Origin: Octopus sinensis
Lineage: Eukaryota
Assembly (NCBI RefSeq): GCF_006345805.1
Contig: NC_043009.1
Coordinates: forward strand, 15,252,001-15,316,000
Length of the DNA: 64,000 nt
Reading direction: 5' to 3'
The stretch's first letter is position 1. The number at the start of each line of letters is the position of its first letter. The notes under the pieces were generated by a model, which made no database searches, had not been told where the DNA came from, and worked only from the letters and a program-made list of their open reading frames with translations. The position numbers and the translations under genes are program-made. Shown here one piece after another: positions 13,368-23,077 of the stretch.

Positions 13368-13471
13368 GAATTCTTCCGATTCCGATCTACTTCAGACTTC
13401 AGCCTCGATATGTCAAGAAAATTATGATAGACTTCTTACAAGAAATGAACCTGAGTCACATCATAAGCTTC
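13368..13471 (+). CDS. Candidate internal exon of an unidentified host gene (GILPIPIYFRLQPRYVKKIMIDFLQEMNLSHIISF)
   Basis: Acceptor ...CATTTAG|G with an upstream pyrimidine tract and strong donor TTC|GTGAGT. The 104 bp are open in phase 1 to 0. No family recognised. Confidence 0.35.
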
Positions 13472-14224
13472 GTGAGTACCTTTTTAGGGAATGTTATCCT
13501 TCACGTTTAACTACACACTTATTTGTATGAATTCTTACCTCCAACAACTGCCATGTAATGACAAACTACAATGAAAACAATATTAATTCTATGACAGCTA
13601 AGGTACAATATGCACATATTAAAACCAATTCATAACTTTTCCATTAACTATATACAGAATTTTATTTCAAGCAAAGAACATAAACGTGTAAAGAATTGTG
13701 GAATTTATATTTATATTAGTATTCCATATATTAAAATAAAAAAGAAATTTCTATGCAGCTCGTATATAACGAATAACGTAACACGCTGTAAAACGAAACA
13801 GTTTATATTCGGAGGAATGTGAAATGGAAAACGACCATGAAATAAAAGAAACCGCCAGATTTATCAACATTCCAAACAATGAATATAAGACGTGATAATA
13901 TTCTATATATTAGAATTGCATAGTTTTATTGCCTTGCGTATAATATATTTACATATATTGAATAATTATTTCATACCAACGAAAATCAATGAATAACAAA
14001 TAGTTTCCTAAGTATGTCAGTCTTGTATATTCAATTGATTTTCTTAAGCTTCAGTTTTTGCTATCTCCAAAAGACTAAATTACTTATGTAGCCATACTCA
14101 TAAAACGAGCACACGTATGCACATGCACAAACAAATCACAGCTTTACACCCTCATATACACACATACATATACATACATACACACATAGCACACACAAAC
14201 ATACACACACACACACACACACAT

Positions 14225-14254
<30 letters not shown>

Positions 14255-14256
<2 letters not shown>

Positions 14257-14963
14257 CGGAGTAAACACATAAATGTGAAACAAGGTGGAAAAAAGAGTAC
14301 TCAAATACCAGTGGTAGAGTAATATGCTTTATTTTAAGCAGCAGAAAATTCAACAAAATCTGTTACTCTGAGTTTCTCGTTGCCGTTCATCAGACAGTTT
14401 TTGCTAGAATGGAACAATATATATTAATTCAATCTATACTCTTACAAACGCTACACCTTTAAAAAGAAATGGACTTGTTTGATTGGCCCTTTAGAAAAAA
14501 CGGTCAATCTTCGAGCGATAAACAAAAAGGTCAAAAATATATGTATATATATATAAAAACTTATAAAAATTATAAAAATTATAAAATCCGAGGAAAAAAC
14601 CGAGGAAAAAACCTATTGCCGTTAATGAAGACAGTACAAATTAATGCATAGAAATTAAACCTGTTATAAATACTGCAATACATATTTATATTAAAATCCA
14701 CATATATATATCAACATACACAAAAGGATGCGCGTAAACGCCATACATACATATACAGACGTATGAATATGAATCTAAATTATACACATAAAAGCATGTG
14801 TACATATATTCACGCAAACCGTCTCGCACGCAAGCTAAAATTCATCTATGTAGCAATTCTCATATACTGAGCAAGGAGGGGGAACAAAAGAAAGGGAAAG
14901 AGAGAAAAAGGAACGAAAGAGGGGTGGGGGGGAAACTTGTAGCGATGTTATTGGCATCTATAG
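14255..14963 (-). mobile_element. Inverted copy of the PLE 3' UTR and pLTR
   Basis: Reverse complement of 19970-20606 joined to 17244-17315. Only two homopolymer-length differences were noticed. Its 3' end abuts (TA)n at 14235-14255. Confidence 0.95.
14352..14405 (-). ncRNA. Hammerhead ribozyme motif (inverted pLTR copy)
   Basis: Reverse complement of the motif at 17165-17218. Confidence 0.7.
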
Positions 14964-16524
14964 TGAAAATGCAGCATAAAATATCCAAAATCAGCAAGTG
15001 GTGTGTGTTGACAAGGCAACGTAAAATATTCAAAAGCAGATGCGTACAAGTAGGAAAACACACGGTAAAATATCAGTTAGTAAACGCACATGGTTTTTCA
15101 AGAGTTCCAGGAAGAGTTTCAGCGCTGGCTTATTACTGTGGAAACAAGCACTTATAATGTTTATGGCATTCGTTTGGCTAGAATTCCCAAAAGCGCAAAC
15201 TTTAAAGGAAGAATATGTATTGCAACTGAACCAACTAAATGTACATAAATACTATATCAAAGAACAGTAGGACACTTTTGCAGCAGAAACACGTGTCGGA
15301 TTAAAATCACTCAACTATGCAAAATAAGGAGAAATATGAACATTTATAATTTTTTCACAGACGAAGCTTTGTGGGGGTGAGGGTTCTGTAACCATTATCA
15401 TTAAATACAAGCTATTGAAAAATAGAAATACTGTAGTTTCATCACACTCCAATCTTGTTTATGTCAACTTTACATGATATCAGCTTGAAATAAATAACAA
15501 ATAACACCAAAGCAATCTTATGTCTGCGGAAATAGAATGGCTTCGCCTGGAAATAAAGAAAGTGTTCCTTGACCTGAGTGAAACTTTAAAAATTCCACAT
15601 TGCAAAGTTATGAGCTTACCAGAGTAAACTAGTAATCAGCAGGAACACAATAACAATCTGAAATTAATCAAATATAGTTATTTATAAGTTGTTGCATAAT
15701 GTCAACCCACAAGCCTGCGTTGCTATGCGTGTGCAGTCCAAACTGTTATTGGTGTCGATATATTTGTATTAACATCTCGATCAATTAACGCTTGGAACAC
15801 ACGAAAAAATATTTAGACTGAATTGTAAAACACTAATATCACACAGTTATTCATTCGATAGAATAATCTTTGACATTTCTTTGTAGGCATCGCAATTCAC
15901 ATCTATACTTGCACATGGAATACTTCCCTACCTTCACATTTTAGATAGACTACTCCTCTTTATTTTCACATCTACTAGTAAATGTGATGTGCCAACTCCT
16001 CTTGATTTTGTGATGTCATTGCCCTATGTGCATTTAACTTAGTTTACCATTGTTATTATTTATTGCAGAATACCAGTAGAATTGCAATCTTGATGAATTA
16101 AGCCCATCAGATTTACCGCATTAAAAACTGCTAGTTCTTCCCCAATTACATTTTAAAGATTTTAATTTTGCATGAAGTTAAGATCTGTCGAGTGGTTACA
16201 GTTACGAAATAATTGTCGGTATTATGTTAATATATCCCATATTATATTCCATATTCGAAGTCGAATACTTCTGGCAAATTTAGTACATGATCCTCATTTG
16301 TACACAGTTAATATACAGAGTCGTACAGAACTCATATTTAAAGTGTAGCAAACGATCGATACTCTATTATATATATACCCACAAAAATGAGAGTAGAACC
16401 AGTGTAAGTTCAGTCAAATATACTGCTATTACTATCCTCAACATTTGCTCAATTCCAGTAGTTTTTTTCGACACATTTGTCTGAGAGAAAAGATATGCTA
16501 TTATACAGTTTTTTCTCTATAGAA

Positions 16525-16730
16525 GTTGATAGAATCGTTAGTACGCTATGCAAAATGCTTAGCGAAATTTCGCCCGTCTTTACGTTCTGGGTTAAAATGC
16601 CACCGGGGTAAACATCGCCTTTCATCCTTTCGGGGTCGATAAAATAAATAATATTTGAGTACCCGGGTCGATTTAACCGACTCAGCCCCCACCACGAAAT
16701 TTGTGACCTGTTGCTATAATTTGAAACCAA
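16525..16730 (+). mobile_element. tRNA-derived SINE, family B
   Basis: GATAGAATCGTTAGTACGC...GCCTTTCATCCTTTCGGGGTCGATAAAATAA...TTTGAAACC, similar to 6255-6455 and 37535-37715. Confidence 0.65.
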
Positions 16731-17164
16731 TGTATTTTATCTAGAGGAAGAACAAGTACTGTAGTATTTCTGTTAACCAATGTTTTTTTTTTTTTGTATC
16801 TTAAACTGAATACGCTGAGCGAATGAGAAAGCTGACATAATGTATGTGAGTGTCAAAGAACATTTAAATGAACTATGTTCGATGGATACTTAGAATGGAT
16901 TATTTGAAATTGTCCTTGAAGCATCTGATATATAATGACTAAGCAAATTAAAAGTGAGATGCTGGAAACGACTGAGCTGTTAGGTAAATTATCAACAACA
17001 TTTCACTTGAAATAATTCAGGAAATTTTTATATTTTTGACCTTTTTGTTTATCGCTCGAAGATTGACCGTTTTTTCTAAAGGGCCAATCAAACAAGTCCA
17101 TTTCTTTTTAAAGGTGTAGCGTTTGTAAGAGTATAGATTGAATTAATATATATTGTTCCATTCT

Positions 17165-17218
17165 AGCAAAAACTGTCTGATGAACGGCAACGAGAAACTC
17201 AGAGTAACAGATTTTGTT
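17165..17218 (+). ncRNA. Type I hammerhead ribozyme motif in the 5' pLTR
   Basis: AGCAAAAACTGT-CTGATGA-A-CG(GCAA)CG-A-GAAA-CTCAGAG-TA-ACAGATTTTGTT, with a GUA site after 17206. The base of stem II is a non-canonical A-A. Confidence 0.72.
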
Positions 17219-17381
17219 GAATTTTCTGCTGCTTAAAATAAAGCATATTACTCTACCACTGGTATTTGAGTACTCTTTTTTCCACCTTGTTTCACATTTA
17301 TGTGTTTACTCCGGTCTAACCCGCTCCTTGTAAAAGTTTGAGCGACTCTGCACAAGTAGGAAGAACAAACAGCTGAAAAAG

Positions 17382-19499
17382 ATGGAACTTTACCCGCTGG
17401 ATTTTTCTCAGAAAAATATACCTATCCCTGCACGGATACAATATATCAAAGGTCTTATAGAGAAAACGGAAGAGTTTATTAGAAGACTGAGATGGAAAGC
17501 CTTCTTCTTTGATAATAAACAGAAAATAGAAGGTAACAAATATGGATTTAAATCTCCCAGAAACCCGCCACCGATTCCGGAATTAGAAGCCTTCGAGAAA
17601 GACCTTTTCGAGATTATTAGGAAAATTAAATTCCGCAAATTTACCAACCAATTGCAAAAAAACATGAGAGAAAAAATTAAGGAGATTAACGACTCGAATA
17701 AGATCTTCGTTAATTCTGACAAGACAAGGAACTTATATGCACTTGATAAGGACGTTTATAAACGCCTGATTTCGAATAGTGTCACGGACACATACAAAAA
17801 AGACAACACGAATATATACAAAGAGGTGAACTTAGAAGCAAGAGGAATAGCTAACGATCTTAAGATTAGCGATAGGATTGAATACCTTTCACCACGACCA
17901 GCTTTTATTACTCTGAAAGACCATAAAGACAATTTTAGTAGAAACCCCAAATGTAGATTGATAAATCCGGCTAAAACTGAGATAGGAATTATTAGCAAAA
18001 ATATTTTGGACCGTATTTTAGTTAAGTTAGATAGTGAAGTAGACTTGAGAATTTGGAAGAATAGTAAGTCAGTTATAGAGTGGTTTAAAGGTATTAGCTA
18101 TAAGAATAATTGTAGTTTCACACAATTCGACATTATTGACTTTTACCCGTCGATATCTAGGACGTTGCTCCTAAGGGCATTGGACTTCGCCAAGCAGTAT
18201 GTCAACATCGATAGCTCGGAAATTGAAATTATTATGCATGCGAGGAAATCGCTTCTGTTTTTCGAGGATTCCACCTGGATTAAGAAGACTGAGGATTCTC
18301 TTTTCGATGTACCGATGGGGGCATACGACGGGGCTGAATTATGTATGCTCATAGGAGCCTTTATTCTCCATAATCTAAAAATAGAATTCCCATTTATAGA
18401 TGCAGGTCTATATAGGGATGACGGCCTTATAGCCACGCATAATCTAAACGGCCATGAATCAGATAGACTTAGGAAGGACCTTATAGCTTTCTTTCAAAGG
18501 ATGGGCTTACGGATTACGATAGATACTAACCTGAATAGTGTAGATTTTTTAGACGTAAATTTTAATGTAAGATCGGATAGATTTAAACCTTTCCGTAAGC
18601 CCAATGAAAAGCTATCGTATATTAGCAAAGATTCGAACCATCCACCAGTTATCCTTAGCAACTTAGTCAGCAATGTAGGTAGAAGAATATCTTCAATTTC
18701 TTCGGACGAGGCAGCATTCCATAATGCTGCACCTTATTACGATAGCGCATTAAAGAATAGTGGATTCTCGGAGAAGATCCAGTTCAACCAGCTTAATGCT
18801 AATAATAATGCTGCACGAAGAACTAGGACCAGGAAAGTTTTGTGGTTCAACCCGGCTTTCAATTTGGCCGTAAAGACTAATATAGGTAAGGAATTTTTGA
18901 GATTAGTCTCTAAGCATTTTAAGCAGGGTCATAAATTCTACAGAATATTTAATAGAAGAACCCTGAAGGTTAGCTATTCTTGTTGCAGAAATTTCGCCTC
19001 TTACATTAGCCAACATAATAGGAAGCTAATTGAGATTAGACATGGTGCCGAGCCCATTAAGAAATGTAATTTCAAAAACGAAAGCTCCTGTCCGTTAGAA
19101 GGGAAATGTCTAGTGAAAGGAGTAGTTTATAGAGCCAAGGTGCAAGTGGAAGGCTCATCGGAATACAAGACATACACAGGGGCTTCAGAAAATTCATTTA
19201 AAACAAGATTTTATTCTCATAAGAATTCTTTTAAATACCCAGAGAATAGGAAGAAAACCAGCCTAGCAAAATATGTCTGGGAACTAAAAGAAAAGGAAGC
19301 CCCACCTTTCAACGTGACATGGAGCATTCTGGACAGGGCGGCACCATACAGGCATGGAGCTTACAAATATAATTTCAAGTGCAAGCTTTGCTTATTAGAA
19401 AAAATGCACATATTATTCAAAGACAATAATTCTTTGAATCAAAGAAGTGAGTTAATGAACTTATGTAGGCACGCGGCTAAATTAAAATGTCGAATATAA
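17382..19499 (+). CDS. PLE polyprotein: reverse transcriptase plus C-terminal GIY-YIG endonuclease (705 aa)
   Basis: RT motifs FDIIDFYPSI, VPMGAYDGAELC and GLYRDDGL. Linker CN(F)..CPLEGKC. Endonuclease GVVY...YTG...KTRF..H...CKLCLLEK...LNQRSELMNLCRH. No stops. Confidence 0.93.
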   Translation: MELYPLDFSQKNIPIPARIQYIKGLIEKTEEFIRRLRWKAFFFDNKQKIEGNKYGFKSPRNPPPIPELEAFEKDLFEIIRKIKFRKFTNQLQKNMREKIKEINDSNKIFVNSDKTRNLYALDKDVYKRLISNSVTDTYKKDNTNIYKEVNLEARGIANDLKISDRIEYLSPRPAFITLKDHKDNFSRNPKCRLINPAKTEIGIISKNILDRILVKLDSEVDLRIWKNSKSVIEWFKGISYKNNCSFTQFDIIDFYPSISRTLLLRALDFAKQYVNIDSSEIEIIMHARKSLLFFEDSTWIKKTEDSLFDVPMGAYDGAELCMLIGAFILHNLKIEFPFIDAGLYRDDGLIATHNLNGHESDRLRKDLIAFFQRMGLRITIDTNLNSVDFLDVNFNVRSDRFKPFRKPNEKLSYISKDSNHPPVILSNLVSNVGRRISSISSDEAAFHNAAPYYDSALKNSGFSEKIQFNQLNANNNAARRTRTRKVLWFNPAFNLAVKTNIGKEFLRLVSKHFKQGHKFYRIFNRRTLKVSYSCCRNFASYISQHNRKLIEIRHGAEPIKKCNFKNESSCPLEGKCLVKGVVYRAKVQVEGSSEYKTYTGASENSFKTRFYSHKNSFKYPENRKKTSLAKYVWELKEKEAPPFNVTWSILDRAAPYRHGAYKYNFKCKLCLLEKMHILFKDNNSLNQRSELMNLCRHAAKLKCRI

Positions 19500-20527
19500 A
19501 TATACCATATGGATAGAGTATATATTTTGTATTTTGATTTTTGATTTTTGATTTTGACTCTTAAGCGCTACGACGGATCTATAGCAAAGTCTTATTGTTT
19601 CTACATATATATTAGGAAAAACCTACAAACTTTGTTTTCATGTTATTGTATTGCATAGGATTACCTTGATTATTTATATTACCTTGATTATTTATAAATG
19701 ACCCAAAATAGGATGTTATATTTTATTTTATATGTCTTTCGTATATATTTTTATTAATGCACCCATTTTTTAAAAGCAATGTTTTTTTTTAAAAAAAGCA
19801 ATGTTGTCAAATTTAGAATGTTTATATAAGTTTGTGTATAGCAAAGCATATGTATTTGTAAGCATGCGTATCTGTGTATGTGTAAGTGAAAGTATGCTTG
19901 TGCTTAAGCACGCATACACACGACGGTATGTATATGTATCAATTCAAACTTGTGTATGTATACTGGCCTCTATAGATGCCAATAACATCGCTACAAGTTT
20001 CCCCCCACCCCTCTTTCGTTCCTTTTTCTCTCTTTCCCTTTCTTTTGTTCCCCCTCCTTGCTCAGTATATGAGAATTGCTACATAGATGAATTTTAGCTT
20101 GCGTGCGAGACGGTTTGCGTGAATATATGTACACATGCTTTTATGTGTATAATTTAGATTCATATTCATACGTCTGTATATGTATGTATGGCGTTTACGC
20201 GCATCCTTTTGTGTATGTTGATATATATATGTGGATTTTAATATAAATATGTATTGCAGTATTTATAACAGGTTTAATTTCTATGCATTAATTTGTACTG
20301 TCTTCATTAACGGCAATAGGTTTTTTCCTCGGTTTTTTTCCTCGGATTTTATAATTTTTATAATTTTTATAAGTTTTTATATATATATACATATATTTTT
20401 GACCTTTTTGTTTATCGCTCGAAGATTGACCGTTTTTTCTAAAGGGCCAATCAAACAAGTCCATTTCTTTTTAAAGGTGTAGCGTTTGTAAGAGTATAGA
20501 TTGAATTAATATATATTGTTCCATTCT

Positions 20528-20581
20528 AGCAAAAACTGTCTGATGAACGGCAACGAGAAACTCAGAGTAACAGATTTTGTT
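20528..20581 (+). ncRNA. Type I hammerhead ribozyme motif in the 3' pLTR
   Basis: Identical to 17165-17218, with a GUA site after 20569. Confidence 0.72.
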
Positions 20582-20605
20582 GAATTTTCTGCTGCTTAAA
20601 ATAAA

Positions 20606-20640
<35 letters not shown>

Positions 20641-20741
20641 AGGTTTTCGTAACCAGAAGACCCAAATTACAGTTAAAGCTATGTAATGAATTCTTAATTA
20701 AGGAACTCTACTAATCCCTTCCATTAAAACTCTCTTAACTC

Positions 20742-20789
20742 GTCTCTGATGGTGGGTTATCATTTATTTTCCTTAAACAGCTGTAAGAC
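20742..20789 (+). ncRNA. Decayed hammerhead motif in a (TA)n-bounded repeat (~20638-20855)
   Basis: GTCT-CTGATGG-...-TAAA-CAGCTG-TA-AGAC has a perfect stem I and palindromic stem III, but A9G and G12U core changes. Confidence 0.55.
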
Positions 20790-20865
20790 CGCATTTTTCC
20801 TTATACATGTCCTAGAGATATCACATTGCCTTGCCCATGTTACCTTTTTTATTTTATATATATAT

Positions 20866-20917
<52 letters not shown>

Positions 20918-21061
20918 TTACGTATGTATGTATATATATATATATGTACGTATGTATGTATATATGTACGTATGTATGCATATATATATGTACGTATGTA
21001 TGTATATATGTATGTATGTAAATCTCTCACTCTCGCTCTTTCTCTCTCTGTATATATATAT

Positions 21062-21276
21062 TCAAAATGTGACCGCGTGTGTACCGTTGGCGATTTTTTT
21101 CCTCCGTCTTTCCTTCACTGGATCTTTCCTTTTCCTATGTTTCTGACGAAGAGCTCCTCTCGAGACGTTAAACCCTCCTTCTTCCCTTCCTTTCTGAGCG
21201 TCCAATAATACTATATTTGTACTTCGTCCTCACGTTGTTATGTTTTCTCTTTGTGTATTCATGTTTGGATTAATTA

Positions 21277-21280
<4 letters not shown>
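21062..21280 (+). mobile_element. Short (TA)n-tailed non-autonomous repeat with a decayed hammerhead at 21139-21173
   Basis: GTTT-CTGACGA-A-GAG(CTCCT)CTC-GAGA-CG-TT-AAAC. Its 3' part recurs inverted at ~36930-37020. Confidence 0.6.
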
Positions 21281-21319
<39 letters not shown>

Positions 21320-21999
21320 TACAGAAATTACTTAATAGCAGGCTAGAAAAAACCTGAAGATGCTTGTATGAACACACAAAAACGTTTAAATAATTTAACA
21401 CACGTCCTAGATAACTCAAAATCCCACTTACAGATCGGTGAAGCACATGTTCAAAATTCCCTAAATACATGGCTTTTCCTTAATTAAGAATTCATTACAT
21501 AGCTTTAACTGTGTATATTCTATTAACCAGCATAAATAATACATACAGAAAAATATCCGAATAACATAGAACATTATATAGAATTGAACCACCCTAAAAT
21601 TTATGACAAGAATTATACTAGGCAATAAGAATATTAAGTACCCATTTAATACAATAAGTAAAGAAGCCTGCCAAAACAGTAACATAACCTTCGACGTAAT
21701 TAGAGAGAATCCTGACGTCAGAGGGCAAAGGTGGGAAACCAAAGTCAGCCAAAGAGACTTACAAATAGATCATATTTCAGATCCCGAACAACCTCCATCA
21801 TTTCCCCATGAAACCTACCCAACAACCAGCTAACTGTATTCAGTTCAATTTGAGCCTGCACGGACAGTGCACATTTGCGTGTACAACTGCCCATACAATA
21901 TGTACTTGAAACACATGTAGGATGCCATAAAATTAAAAAAAATATGGTGTATGAAACTGTAAATAAAAGTTAATAAATACTTGAGGTTTACTCATTTTT

Positions 22000-22120
22000 G
22001 CCAGGTGGGTGGACTGGAGCAACGTGAAATGAAGTCTTTTGCTCAAGAACACAACGTGTCACTCGGTCCAGGAATCGAAATCACAATCTTACGAACATGA
22101 GTCAAACAGCCCCACCGCAC
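22000..22120 (-). mobile_element. 5' half of a tRNA-derived SINE (family C)
   Basis: CTGGAGCAACGTGAAATGAAGTCTTTTGCTCAAGAACACAAC...GGAATCGAA, sharing its domain with 51944-52186 and 34015-34200. Confidence 0.6.
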
Positions 22121-22125
22121 ACAAA

Positions 22126-22202
<77 letters not shown>

Positions 22203-22203
<1 letters not shown>

Positions 22204-22370
22204 CATTATTTACATTATTTACATTATTTACTATTGACGGGTATTTTTCCTCATCTTCTTTGTTGTTAACACAACGTTCGGCTGATACACACTCCAGCCT
22301 TCATCAGGTCTTGGGGATATTTCGAACCTTGGTTGTAAAGTATATTTCGATGTTGTTGTTATTATTATTA

Positions 22371-22431
<61 letters not shown>

Positions 22432-22513
22432 TTCACTGTCTGGAATAGAACTCGGAATCTTGGGGTTAGTAACCCGCACTCTTAACCACTACGCCATATG
22501 CCCTTCGGCCCAC
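22203..22513 (-). mobile_element. Chimeric element: tRNA-like head, (AAT)n, hammerhead-like motif and (TAAATAATG)3 tail
   Basis: Minus strand reads GGGCATATGGCGTAGTGGTTAAGAGTGCGGGTTACTAACCCCAAGATTCCGAGTTCTATTCC (A/B boxes), then AAT repeats, then CTGATGA-A-GGCTG...CAGCC-GAA-CG-TT-GTGTT at 22268-22311. Confidence 0.6.
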
Positions 22514-22533
22514 GGGCATATGGCGTAGTGGTT
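22484..22533. repeat. Perfect 20-bp inverted repeat with a 10-nt loop
   Basis: AACCACTACGCCATATGCCC-TTCGGCCCAC-GGGCATATGGCGTAGTGGTT. Confidence 0.95.
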
Positions 22534-22933
22534 CGAAAGACACCTGTTGTTATTCTTCTTGTTTGTATTTGTAATCGTGTAACATTTTTTCCGTTTTCTC
22601 CTTTTGTTTTTCATGTCGCACATATTCGTTTGATTTCTTCCAAACTTTTAATGCCCTTAGCTTAGATTTTTCGGGTCTACCAATTTTGAACAGTCTCAAG
22701 TGTAACAGGCCGAAACTGTAATGATGATTGGAAACTTAAATGATGAATAGAAAGCCATGAATATTACGTCGAAGTTGGCTTGTCCGTCCTTGTATCGTCC
22801 ATCTGTCCATATGTTTTCATTGTCGTCCGTAACGTTCTTGTTCCGTTTTTTAAAATTTATAATTACACATAGCGGCGTACGTACACTTTTTGCTCAGCTT
22901 TTATGTATATGTGTGTGCGTATGTATGTATGTA

Positions 22934-22975
<42 letters not shown>

Positions 22976-23037
22976 CATACATACATATATATATATATAT
23001 ATTATATATATATATTATATATATATATATATGTATG

Positions 23038-23070
<33 letters not shown>

Positions 23071-23077
<7 letters not shown>

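Larger units (their letters stand above)
17029..20606 (+). mobile_element. Full-length Penelope-like retroelement (pLTR-ORF-3'UTR/pLTR)
   Basis: Direct repeat 17029-17243 = 20392-20606 flanks an uninterrupted RT plus GIY-YIG ORF. The 3' end abuts (TA)n at 20607-20637. Confidence 0.93.

Noticed and set aside
15123-17020. Intron explanation for the 1,898-bp difference between 11179-11350 and 14959-17028
   Set aside because: No register of the TTCAG microhomology gives GT-AG or GC-AG ends on either strand.
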